In this document: positions 1 through 8,640 of the stretch, one piece after another
Numbering within the stretch: the stretch's first letter is position 1
Layout of the letters: each line of letters starts with the position of its first letter
Source: Candidatus Saccharimonadia bacterium
GTDB taxonomy: Bacteria; Patescibacteriota; Saccharimonadia; Saccharimonadales; JALRHH01
Reading direction: 5' to 3'
Length of the DNA stretch: 64,000 nt
Assembly (NCBI GenBank): GCA_023253175.1
Contig: JALRHH010000001.1
Span: 236,020-300,019 of the forward strand
Translations under genes and position numbers: made by a program
Notes under the pieces: generated by a model
The model's input: only the letters and a program-made list of their open reading frames with translations
The model's database searches: none
What the model was told of the DNA's origin: nothing

Positions 1-199
1 TGCCGACGCGTCGTCCCGTAGGAGTTAGTTCATATTCACCGTTTTGATTTTTGACGACCAATCCAGTTGCAATCACTTTTTTCAGATGATAATCAAACAG
101 CTTATTTTCAATATCATCTGGCTTTAGGTCACTGAATCGCATACTCGGCGTCAGCGCCAAATTATAAACAATATTTTTCTGAATATAATGATCAAGCAT
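1..199 (-). CDS. wHTH regulator, N-terminal fragment (gene runs off the left edge)
   Basis: Reverse-strand ATG at 199..197 opens MLDHYIQKNIVYNLALTPSMRFSDLKPDDIENKLFDYHLKKVIATGLVVKNQNGEYELTPTGRRVG. This is collinear with the N-terminus of the 34734..35384 product (MIEHHIQRKILERL..LRFSELKPD..YHL). It is not in the ORF track because it is truncated. Confidence 0.55.
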   Translation of the reverse strand, partial: MLDHYIQKNIVYNLALTPSMRFSDLKPDDIENKLFDYHLKKVIATGLVVKNQNGEYELTPTGRRVG

Positions 200-219
200 G
201 CTGGTAGTATAGCCAAGGC

Positions 220-912
220 CTACGAAGCTGTATAGAGATTCATTACTGTGAAGAATATAGCGGGACGGATAACACGATCATAGTGCTCAAGATCGTCTTC
301 GGTCTGAAGAGAAAACGGCTCATCTACAAGTTTAGGAATAGCCGGATCAGTGAGCGAAGCGATTGTGTATAGCTCGCACACTGAAAGATCTAGATTGGAA
401 CCCAGTACAAGCGTATTAGGACTTACCTCCGGTATGTCTGCAAACATCTGCACGCATCTGCTACAAGGCGGCAGTGTTGCATGCATGTTCGGATTTGCGT
501 CATCATCAAAAGGGTCGGCGTAAACACTAATTCCGATAACCTTATTAAGCCCGCGTGACCTACCTTTTGCAATAGCAACTTGCTCGGCATGAAGATTCAG
601 CGAACTTGTGCCTGTTTCGGGCTTAACATTAAACCCATCAAATAGTCCGAATTGACCCAACTCAAAATTGAACATAACCGCACTTGCTCCAACATTATAG
701 TTTCGCCATGATAATGCGCGTCCAGAACTATCTTTTGCTCTATCGGCAGCATGTACCAGCTTAGACAAGGCTCCTACTGCTGTTCTTGCTTCTAGAGTTT
801 CTGGCGGTCCGGAGTAAATTTCTCCGCGTAGCGTGGGACTGTCGTGGACATATTCACCAGCACCCAGTGTCAAAAAAGCTGCAGGAACAGCGTCAATGAT
901 ATCGGTCTTCAT
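220..912 (-). CDS. cytidine/deoxycytidylate deaminase-fold protein (230 aa)
   Basis: Zinc-deaminase signature pair HAEQVAI (H-x-E) and PPCSRC (PCxxC). Ends 20 nt upstream of the wHTH ORF on the same strand. Confidence 0.7.
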   Translation of the reverse strand: MKTDIIDAVPAAFLTLGAGEYVHDSPTLRGEIYSGPPETLEARTAVGALSKLVHAADRAKDSSGRALSWRNYNVGASAVMFNFELGQFGLFDGFNVKPETGTSSLNLHAEQVAIAKGRSRGLNKVIGISVYADPFDDDANPNMHATLPPCSRCVQMFADIPEVSPNTLVLGSNLDLSVCELYTIASLTDPAIPKLVDEPFSLQTEDDLEHYDRVIRPAIFFTVMNLYTAS

Positions 913-981
913 GGCGCTATTAAAATAAAATATTGTCTACGGAGCAAGCATCAGCGGAATGACAGTGCAATAACATATGCA

Positions 982-1392
982 CTACTGTGCGCTTGGAATA
1001 TTCTCGCATCCACGTTTGATCAAAAAGGAAGCCGTTTTACTGTCGCCAGGGCCGTACCAACCATTGTCTACTTCGGTAATAAAGAGTACTGAGGTTTTGT
1101 GTGCATTGGCGTCTTTGGGCATGATGCGTACTGTATCTGTGTCACCGATTTTAATGAAGTCGATAACTGCGCCGTCACTCTCGTCGTAGGTTGTATTGTT
1201 TAGGCATCTACCGTTTGCTGTAAAGTTTTCTTTGACAGCCTGGATTGCACGATCTTGCTTTTCTTCTGCGTGCGAATAGACCATCGAAACAGCTATGCCG
1301 CCTACGCCAGCCGCAATCGCGTATCGAATGACAAAGCTTTCTGCTTGCTTGGCTCGTTCGACTGCATATTTCTTCAGACTAAATTCACTCAT
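982..1392 (-). CDS. hypothetical membrane-anchored protein
   Basis: ORF track gives 982..1416; the internal ATG at 1392 (MSEFSLKK..) is preferred. One hydrophobic helix (IRYAIAAGVGGIAVSMVY). No recognisable domain. Confidence 0.45.
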   Translation of the reverse strand: MSEFSLKKYAVERAKQAESFVIRYAIAAGVGGIAVSMVYSHAEEKQDRAIQAVKENFTANGRCLNNTTYDESDGAVIDFIKIGDTDTVRIMPKDANAHKTSVLFITEVDNGWYGPGDSKTASFLIKRGCENIPSAQ

Positions 1393-1623
1393 GAAAAATA
1401 ATAATGACACCCCCAAGAGCTAATTGCAAGAATCGCGCTACACGGTAATCATGCTCGAGCTTGTAATATGACAGTATGCGCTACACGCTTATTTTGAGTG
1501 CCCACTAAAGATACTCCCATAGTTAGTGGTTGATTATACGAACGACTTGTTACCTGATAAATTAAGAAGTAAGGCTTGCAGAATAATTACTTAGGATCAA
1601 TAATTATTCAAAAGAGGAAGATT

Positions 1624-2271
1624 ATGTCAGAAACATTTGTACCTAGGCCAGAATCAGCTCAAGAGCCGATATCTCTTGAGGAACTACTAGTTGACGCAGA
1701 TAACTATACTCAAGATGTATTAGAATACAGCATTATTCGATCTAAGAAGGATCTTATTCAGAACTGGCGCGCAGATGCCGAAAAGCTCACCGAAGATAGA
1801 CTCTTGCGTATTGTTGCTACAGAAGCTACATTTCCAGACGAAGAAACCATTGAGCTAATGCGTAGGCAGAAAGAAGAAGCGGACAAGGTATTGCGGGAAA
1901 AGTACAACATTAGCCAGTCGGCTGATCTTGATGTATTTTCTAAGATTGTCTCTGTTTTTGCCGCCAGTAGAGGTAATCAACTTGATAGTGAAGACAGGGC
2001 ACTAAGCCCTGGTGACATTGGTGAAAGCTTACCTAAATGTTTCGTAGCAGTCAGGGAGCTAGCGCGGCTCAGGCAACGGTCGTACGTAGTGGCGGGTAAT
2101 TATTTTTCTACAATATATCCATCTGTAAGTGCAGACAGTGATGTGACCGCACTCCTTTTTGAGGGGCGCCAAGAGGACACACATTGGCTCGAAAGAATTG
2201 CTGCCGATGAATTCTATGCGGACCTAAGGGGTGTAGCTATTGAGGATATTGATCAGTTTTATGAGGGGTAG
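1624..2271 (+). CDS. hypothetical protein
   Basis: ORF track gives 1576..2271; the ATG at 1624 (MSETFVPRP..) follows a GAGGAAG SD-like run. No recognisable motif. Confidence 0.5.
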   Translation: MSETFVPRPESAQEPISLEELLVDADNYTQDVLEYSIIRSKKDLIQNWRADAEKLTEDRLLRIVATEATFPDEETIELMRRQKEEADKVLREKYNISQSADLDVFSKIVSVFAASRGNQLDSEDRALSPGDIGESLPKCFVAVRELARLRQRSYVVAGNYFSTIYPSVSADSDVTALLFEGRQEDTHWLERIAADEFYADLRGVAIEDIDQFYEG

Positions 2272-2466
2272 GGGCGCCTTACATAGCCTCTCCTGTAAAC
2301 CCTGCTCGTAAGACAGGGCCTCGCTGCGCTCGCGCATTTCGTCATGCTCGATGTAAGACATCTGCGCGTGACTTCATTGGCGTCGAACCTCTGCTGCGCA
2401 GTATCGGTTCGAATCTAGTCATCCAGACAAGAAAAAACGACCTACCTATGGCAGATCGTTTCTTCA

Positions 2467-2543
2467 TGGCAGGACATACAGGACTTGTTTCGCAACCGCA
2501 CTTTGCCAATTCTCGACTTTAATCTACCGCTAGCTAAGGACAT
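2467..2543 (-). pseudogene. degenerate tRNA-Trp-like footprint, putative left attachment scar
   Basis: tggcagg-acat-acaggact-tgtttc-gcaacc here versus tggcagg-ggtg-acaggact-cgaacct-gcaacc at the tRNA-Trp 3' end (14278 onward). A D-arm-like ctaccgctagc lies further on. No acceptor stem is possible because AGGACAT is a direct repeat at 2471 and 2537. Confidence 0.4.
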
Positions 2544-2582
2544 ACTGCAACGCCACGCCTTAGCCTATGATTTAGAGTAAGC

Positions 2583-3008
2583 CTATTCAGCCAGTGATTG
2601 TAATAGTTTTAATTCGTGGACTAGTTGGTCGGGGTACTTTGCTAAGTCAATCTCAATCCAAGAGTTAAAAGCATTATGTTCATTTAGGGCTAAGCGTTCT
2701 CCGCTATAACAATCGTCGTCAAACCATAGAAAGGGTGTATTGAAGTCGATAGCCTCTGTTTTTGCTAATCCCCAAGTAACTGGCTTAAACTTCTCTAGAT
2801 ACGGTCGTAAATCATCATCAGTTGCTCGCAAAACGTATTCTATTGCGTGAGCTGTAGTGCCGTCCATACAGTGAGTAGTAAGCCAATACACCTCGAAGTT
2901 GTCTACTGCATACTTGATAAACTCGCTCGCACCAATTGCGAGGTTTTCCTCATTTGCTAGTAGGACACCGTCAATATCCAAGTACAGTCTAGGTTTCATA
3001 TTTACCAT
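2583..3008 (-). CDS. HAD-superfamily phosphatase-like protein (141 aa)
   Basis: N-terminal LYLDIDGVLL (DxDxV/T nucleophile motif) and a later acidic WFDDD motif. The small single-domain size is typical of phage/plasmid HAD proteins. Confidence 0.6.
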   Translation of the reverse strand: MVNMKPRLYLDIDGVLLANEENLAIGASEFIKYAVDNFEVYWLTTHCMDGTTAHAIEYVLRATDDDLRPYLEKFKPVTWGLAKTEAIDFNTPFLWFDDDCYSGERLALNEHNAFNSWIEIDLAKYPDQLVHELKLLQSLAE

Positions 3009-3031
3009 TATAAAGGCAGGGAGACACCCCC

Positions 3032-3239
3032 CCTACCTACTAAGTTTGCTTATTTTAGAACGACCATAAACGCACTACCTACCTACATTTTTGTCGCTAT
3101 CAAAAAATGGTTTGTTTTGCCCATTTCACCCAACAAAATCGAACAGGGGTGGACACAAAAATATCGCCCAACAATCAAAAAAGCTCACAACAGAGGTAGG
3201 TAGTTATAAGATTGTTGGATAAAATGCTAGTTTGTTGGG
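3032..3239. repeat. motif-dense intergenic region (CTACCTAC and CCCAACAA iterons in both orientations)
   Basis: CCTACCTAC at 3032..3040, CTACCTACCTAC at 3075..3086, inverted GGTAGGTAG at 3195..3203. CCCAACAA at 3129..3136 and 3167..3174, inverted TTGTTGG(G) at 3212..3218 and 3232..3239. Confidence 0.6.
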
Positions 3240-3240
3240 A

Positions 3241-3468
3241 CTATCTGCCTTGCTCATTACGAATATTCGTATTTGCAAACCCTCGTTTAGCCATAGCCTC
3301 GTCAAAAGTTTTGTCCATATAGAATAGGTCGCCGAGCCAGCCCATCAGTAAGTAGTTAGCACTAATACTTCGTCCGATTGCACCCTTGCCGTTGCCGAGA
3401 TACCAGCGGTTAATCGGTAGTATGAAACTACAGGCAGTTAGTATTTTGTATGTTTTTCGGTCTTTCAT
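3241..3468 (-). CDS. TM2-domain-like small membrane protein (75 aa)
   Basis: INRWYLGNGKGAIGRS...GWLGDLFYM resembles the TM2 pattern (h-R-F/W-Y-L-G ... W-h-h-D). Confidence 0.5.
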   Translation of the reverse strand: MKDRKTYKILTACSFILPINRWYLGNGKGAIGRSISANYLLMGWLGDLFYMDKTFDEAMAKRGFANTNIRNEQGR

Positions 3469-3511
3469 TTAAGCGTTCCTCGCTTTAGTTGATATGACCG
3501 TTGAAAATGCT

Positions 3512-3544
3512 CTAAATAAAAAGGGACACCGCCAACGGGTGTCT
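3512..3544 (-). terminator. intrinsic terminator downstream of the ATPase gene
   Basis: On the reverse strand: GACACC-CGTTGGC-GGTGTC hairpin followed by CCTTTTTATTTAG. Confidence 0.55.
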
Positions 3545-3710
3545 AGCCTGTTTGTTCCGCAATAAGTTTTAGCTTACTGTTTCGGGCGATGCCCCTTTCT
3601 AAAGCTAAAAATCATTACGGCAAAAAAAGCCGAGTGATGGTTATTGCGTATTAAACAAGCTAGACAATCTGATTATATCAAAAACAAGACAAATCTAATT
3701 TAGTAAGTGG

Positions 3711-5873
3711 CTATTTAGAGCCCAGGGTACTAACTCTATTGTATAAGTCCTTTAACTCGACATCGGACATATCGAGGATAGGCTCGTACATAAACGAGTT
3801 GATGTGTATATTCTGTGGCGTAATAAGATTAACTTTCTTGATAACGGCAATCTCTTCGTCTTTTGTAGGATTATCTGTAATGTACCTATCAGCTAGTTTA
3901 GCGGTTTGGTTTTTTGAGATTGACTCGACAAAAGCAGTATCGTTAATCTCGTTAATCATAAACTTCTCAGCCTTTAATCTAATTGCTACTGAAAGTACGA
4001 TTTTATTCTCAAGACCAAGAGAGCCGTTTTTGGATAGTAGAGTATCGGCGGTTTCCGTGAATAGGTCGGCAACAATCTTGTTCTCGTCAGATACTGTAAC
4101 GTCTTTGTTGAAGACGTCTTTGATAATATCTTTTACATTTTTAATGGTTATGGTTTCAGTATCTTTTTTGATATGTAAAGTAGAGGTTAGTAGGGTAAAG
4201 TCTGGGGCGTCCTCGCCTTTTGTGTACTCCACGATGTTGCGTACAAATGGTATTAGAGCTAATAGCTTAGCGTTCTCGGCTGTATTTTCTAGGAAATGCT
4301 TAAACGGATTGTTAATATACTCAGCCACAACTAGGTCGATACCGTCAGTCTTTTTATTGACCATTAGACAGTGCTTGTATGGTACGTATCGGCTCTGAAT
4401 TGTCCTAAAGAAGTCGAAGTTATGAGTTAGTATTATCTGGTAAAAGTTGTCTAGCTCAGCCGTGTCTTTTAAGTACTCGATAATTGCGTACTTATTTTTA
4501 TAGTCAAATGAGTCAGCGATATCATCAACGATTAAAAGTGTCTCCTCGCCTAAATCTTTCCTTGCCTCTATTTCAAACAGTACATTTAGTATGTAGAGTG
4601 CCTTTCGTTCGCCCGTACTCAGGACTTGTAGTAGCTCGTCTCGCTTGACGAGCTTTTTACTCTCCTCGTCTCTAAACTCGAAACTCAGTGAGGGAAGTAA
4701 GCCGTCTAGAATAACGTCGCTTTGATTTTCGACGCTCAATACAAACGGAACATTAAAGCGTGAGTTAAACACATCTACAACCTCAGCCCACCTAGTACGT
4801 TCTTGGTTGGCTTGCTCACGTATATCGTCTAATTCTTTCTTTGCGTCATTATGGGCTGTAATTAGGTTGTTAAAATCAGCTAGGCAAACCTTAAAGTAGT
4901 CTATCCAAATACGTTGCTTGAAGTAGTTGATATTAGCCAGTTCGGGTATAAGCTCTTTATGCTCGGTAATGTAATCCCTAAACTCTCGAACCTCGTTATT
5001 GCTAGTTAGTTTCTTATCTAACTTATCGAAAGCTTTACGAAGTTTCTCGTCTTTGAGTATCTCCTGTAGTTCGTCCTCGATAACTTTCTTTAGGTCAGCC
5101 TCAGAACTAATCTCACTTTTGGCAGTACCGTCAGAGAACGAGACAGTATGTGAGGCGTCAAAAAAGCCGTTTTGTACTAATGTTTTGGCGATTGTAGAGG
5201 CGTTGGTATGGTTGAATACGCCTTTACGAAAATATTTGGACTGTTCAACAAGTTCGTCATAGCGAGTTATATACTCGTTTAGGTCAGCTTGCACTGCCTT
5301 ATCCGACAGGAGCTTAACGACTTTTTCGTTAAAAAGTTTGCTGTACGAAACCTCGTTTAAAACAGGGTCTTTACCGTCGTTAACTTCTTTTTCAACACGC
5401 TGTACCGCCTCAAGAAACTTACCCTTAGTACTCATTATGACCTCGGATACTTCGTCGTCTATCCCTTTTGCTAGACCAGAGGGGGCTTTAAGTTTCTTTA
5501 CCAATTCGTCCTCTAGAGTTTTGATATTGAGCCAGATTTTGTCGTACTTATCCTTTAGCTCTTTATTTACCAATAATGTAGACGTTCTGCCAGAGGCGTA
5601 ATTTTCGTCGTATGGCTTTACTACGAAAACAGCACCAGAATCTAGCTCATTACCGTTTTCATCTGTTATCTCTCTGACCGTCTCACGCTCTGTAAAAATC
5701 ATATCTTTAGAGTCGTTACCGTCGCCGAAATCTCCAAAAGTCTTAGTAAATGACGTTTTCATCGAGCCATTAGTGGCGTAAATTGAGTACGTCTTTGTTT
5801 TATCGAAGTCAAACGTATGTTCAAGCTTCCTTATGCCGTAAGTGTTCTCTAGCTTGATGTTGAGCTTTTTCAT
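3711..5873 (-). CDS. RloC/PrrC-like (AAA_13-type) coiled-coil ABC ATPase, 720 aa
   Basis: Walker-A-like YATNGSMKTS. Long charged helical insert. ABC signature LSTGERKAL plus Walker B LLIVDDIADSFD plus ILTHNF (H-loop). C-terminal IPFVRNIVEY resembles the Arg-x3-Glu motif region of PrrC/RloC. No CxxC zinc hook. Divergent from the RM operon. Confidence 0.65.
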   Translation of the reverse strand: MKKLNIKLENTYGIRKLEHTFDFDKTKTYSIYATNGSMKTSFTKTFGDFGDGNDSKDMIFTERETVREITDENGNELDSGAVFVVKPYDENYASGRTSTLLVNKELKDKYDKIWLNIKTLEDELVKKLKAPSGLAKGIDDEVSEVIMSTKGKFLEAVQRVEKEVNDGKDPVLNEVSYSKLFNEKVVKLLSDKAVQADLNEYITRYDELVEQSKYFRKGVFNHTNASTIAKTLVQNGFFDASHTVSFSDGTAKSEISSEADLKKVIEDELQEILKDEKLRKAFDKLDKKLTSNNEVREFRDYITEHKELIPELANINYFKQRIWIDYFKVCLADFNNLITAHNDAKKELDDIREQANQERTRWAEVVDVFNSRFNVPFVLSVENQSDVILDGLLPSLSFEFRDEESKKLVKRDELLQVLSTGERKALYILNVLFEIEARKDLGEETLLIVDDIADSFDYKNKYAIIEYLKDTAELDNFYQIILTHNFDFFRTIQSRYVPYKHCLMVNKKTDGIDLVVAEYINNPFKHFLENTAENAKLLALIPFVRNIVEYTKGEDAPDFTLLTSTLHIKKDTETITIKNVKDIIKDVFNKDVTVSDENKIVADLFTETADTLLSKNGSLGLENKIVLSVAIRLKAEKFMINEINDTAFVESISKNQTAKLADRYITDNPTKDEEIAVIKKVNLITPQNIHINSFMYEPILDMSDVELKDLYNRVSTLGSK

Positions 5874-5983
5874 TAACTTTATTATACCCGATTTTGACGC
5901 CGTATTATTGTTATGCTTGAGCTTTTTGTGTAATATAATGGTAGGAAATGTTAAGTCAAAGGGTATGAGGAAAAATTAAAGAC

Positions 5984-7210
5984 GTGGACGACCTATTAAC
6001 TATTAGTGAAGCTTGCGACATCTTGAAAGTCCACCCTAACACACTTAGAAATTGGGACAACCAAGGCGTACTAAAGGCTAAGAAAATTGGGACAAAGGGC
6101 GTAAGGCGTTATTCAAAAGACGACTTGTCGAACTTTATTAACAAAACATCGGCTAGCTATCGACCACGGGTATTGGACTTATTCTCTGGTTGCGGTGGGC
6201 TTTCTTATGGTCTAGCTAAGGCTGGCTTTGATATTGTTGCTGGCGTTGATAATTGGGCAGACGCTTTAGTTACCTTTGAGCGTAACCACCCAGGAGCTAA
6301 ATCGGCACTTGTGGATTTGGGTAACTTTGACCCTGACGATATAGAAAAAATTGCTGGTTCTGATATAGACGTTGTTGTAGGTGGCCCGCCTTGCCAAGGC
6401 TTTTCTATCTCTGGTAAACGCAATCCTGACGACCCTCGAAATAAGCTCTACATAGGGTTTGTAGGTGTTGTAGCTCACTACAAACCAAAAGCCTTTATCT
6501 TGGAAAATGTACCTAATCTTATCTCTATGGCAGGGGGCAAGGTTAAAGACGAAATTATTAAAGAGTTTTCGGCACTAGGGTATAACGTTCAATACAGAGT
6601 GTTACTCGCCTCTGATTACGGAGTGCCCCAAAATCGTAAAAGGGTTGTGTTTGTAGGCGTGAGGGACGACTTAGAGTTTAATTATCCAGTCGCTACTTTT
6701 GCTGACGAAAAGCGTACTACGTCAGACGCAATTTCCGACCTTACGGAAGATAGTCTGGACGAGGGTGCTACCAATAAAAACCCAGCTCTTACTGAGTACC
6801 AGAAAATTATGCGTAAGAATACAGATAGAGTTTTTAATCACGAGATAAGTGAACACAGTGAGCAAACAGTATCTACTATCGCTCTCGTACCCGACGGTGG
6901 TAACTATAAAGATTTACCTGAGCACTTAAAGAATATCCGAAAACGTAATATTGCGTGGACACGCTTTGGTAGCTTTAAGCCGAGCAATACAATAGACACA
7001 GGGCATCGCCACCACTTCCACTACAAGTTTAACCGCATACCAACAGTAAGAGAGTCGGCAAGGCTACAATCTTTCCCTGACGACTTTATATTTTATGGCT
7101 CAAAGACAAGTCAATATAAACAAGTCGGTAATGCCGTGCCACCAATACTCGCAGAGGCTATTGGTCTTGAATTAAAGAAAACACTAGACTCTGCTAAAGG
7201 AGAGGCGTAA
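5984..7210 (+). CDS. DNA (cytosine-5) methyltransferase with N-terminal MerR/excisionase-type HTH
   Basis: GTG start. HTH LLTISEACDILKVHPNTLRNW. m5C motifs: FSGCGG (I), GGPPCQGFS (IV), ENV (VI), QNRKRVVFVG (VIII), GNAVPP (X). Confidence 0.9.
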   Translation: MDDLLTISEACDILKVHPNTLRNWDNQGVLKAKKIGTKGVRRYSKDDLSNFINKTSASYRPRVLDLFSGCGGLSYGLAKAGFDIVAGVDNWADALVTFERNHPGAKSALVDLGNFDPDDIEKIAGSDIDVVVGGPPCQGFSISGKRNPDDPRNKLYIGFVGVVAHYKPKAFILENVPNLISMAGGKVKDEIIKEFSALGYNVQYRVLLASDYGVPQNRKRVVFVGVRDDLEFNYPVATFADEKRTTSDAISDLTEDSLDEGATNKNPALTEYQKIMRKNTDRVFNHEISEHSEQTVSTIALVPDGGNYKDLPEHLKNIRKRNIAWTRFGSFKPSNTIDTGHRHHFHYKFNRIPTVRESARLQSFPDDFIFYGSKTSQYKQVGNAVPPILAEAIGLELKKTLDSAKGEA

Positions 7211-8640
7211 TGGCGGAGTATAAGATACCAGAGGAGTTTTACTACAGGATACACCACGCCCGTCCACGCTTTAAGAGCGACGTTGAGAGCGTACTTTTGT
7301 TTATGGCTGGCGAAATATCACGACTTGACCCAGCACCACGTAGCCCTTTTAGGGAGCAACTAAACTCTGCTATTAGGCTTTATCCAGGTAACGGTTCGGC
7401 AACTGAGAAAACTATAGACAACTGGCGAACTGAAATCTCTAGCCTCTTTGGTCTAATTGAACGTGAGGGAGAATTACAAAAAGCCGGACGTATGGCTTTC
7501 TTGCTTAGTGAGAACCAGGATTTAGTAGAGTTCTTTAGGTACTTCCTGTACTACTTCCAGTATCCAGGTGGACATTTGAAGTCTCAAGAGTCCCTAAAAA
7601 TGATTAACGCTGGCATAAAGTTTAAGCCTGCTAAGTACCTAATAGAGGTGTTGATTGAGGGTCAGAAACTAACCGAGGACGGCAAGTTCGGTATCACTAA
7701 AGCCGAGGCAACTCACTGTATCTTTAATGACCTACGTATTACAAGGGACGGTCAATCTCCTAAGATAACGGCGTCTCAAATAATAGCTCGTCAAAAAACG
7801 GGTGTTGAGTACGATAACGATGGCGATGTAACCCGATACGCAGGCGACATCTTAGACTATATGGAGCTAGCCGACCTTGCCCGTCAGCGTCCAAACTACA
7901 AGTACTACCTCAATATGGCTAACCTAGATGTGCTACAAGCTTTCGTATCTAGCGATAACTGGTTTAACTCATACGACGCTCTTTACGGTCAAAAAGACGT
8001 TACGCCTGCTGATGTAGCAGTCTACCTTGAGGATTGGTTCAAGTACGTTAATAACAAGCTCGACTCGACTATATTTGAGGCTAATATCCTCTCTATCATA
8101 GAGGACGCTAGCGAACAGACCACCACAACACCTAAGCAATCAGAGTTTATCGCCGAAGTGCTTGAAAGAATTAGAGCTAAACGAGCGTCTGAGCAGACAA
8201 TTAGGACTAAGGAGATTGGCGACGTTGGCGAGACTATCGTTATAGAACACGAAAAGAACCGCCTTACAAAACTAGACCGTACCGACTTGCTACACCTTAT
8301 CCAAAAGATACCAGAGATTTACGCTGTTGGTTATGACATCGGCTCATACGAGGGCGTAGGCACTACTCGACGCTTTATCGAAGTCAAGACAACCGTCAGT
8401 CGAGGCAAGATACACACCACTAACTTCCATATGACACCTAGTGAGTGGAGTGCGTCAGATACACTGGGTCAAACGTACTTTATCTACCGCCTAGCTATAT
8501 CGTCAGAAAGTGTATCGCTATTTGTAATTCAAGACCCAGTCGGTAAATACAAGCAAAGTCTAGTTGATATGATACCAAGGGACGGAGCTGACATTCGTTA
8601 CACAGAAAAATCAGGAGTATACGAGGAGTTATTGGTATGA
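7210..8640 (+). CDS. putative restriction endonuclease with C-terminal DUF3883-type PD-(D/E)xK domain
   Basis: C-terminus GDVGETIVIEHEKNRL..GYDIGSY..FIEVKTT..FHMTPSEW..YFIYRL matches the DUF3883 pattern (D...E-x-K). Start overlaps the M1 stop (TAATG) and stop overlaps the M2 start (ATGA). Confidence 0.6.
   Translation: MAEYKIPEEFYYRIHHARPRFKSDVESVLLFMAGEISRLDPAPRSPFREQLNSAIRLYPGNGSATEKTIDNWRTEISSLFGLIEREGELQKAGRMAFLLSENQDLVEFFRYFLYYFQYPGGHLKSQESLKMINAGIKFKPAKYLIEVLIEGQKLTEDGKFGITKAEATHCIFNDLRITRDGQSPKITASQIIARQKTGVEYDNDGDVTRYAGDILDYMELADLARQRPNYKYYLNMANLDVLQAFVSSDNWFNSYDALYGQKDVTPADVAVYLEDWFKYVNNKLDSTIFEANILSIIEDASEQTTTTPKQSEFIAEVLERIRAKRASEQTIRTKEIGDVGETIVIEHEKNRLTKLDRTDLLHLIQKIPEIYAVGYDIGSYEGVGTTRRFIEVKTTVSRGKIHTTNFHMTPSEWSASDTLGQTYFIYRLAISSESVSLFVIQDPVGKYKQSLVDMIPRDGADIRYTEKSGVYEELLV

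Noticed and set aside
2395-2425. GGTTCGAATC T-loop motif suggesting a tRNA or tmRNA 3' end.
   Set aside because: The flanking bases cannot form a T-stem (ATCGG versus CTAGT) and no complementary acceptor strand lies upstream. I treat it as debris, not a gene.
2467-2543. Possible functional second tRNA.
   Set aside because: The would-be acceptor strands are a direct repeat (AGGACAT twice), the T-arm is lost, and the anticodon loop lacks U33. It is a remnant only.
3739-5601. Plus-strand ORFs 3739..4398, 4999..5262 and 5338..5601.
   Set aside because: They are antisense shadows inside the 720-aa ATPase gene, with Ser/Leu-rich low-complexity translations.
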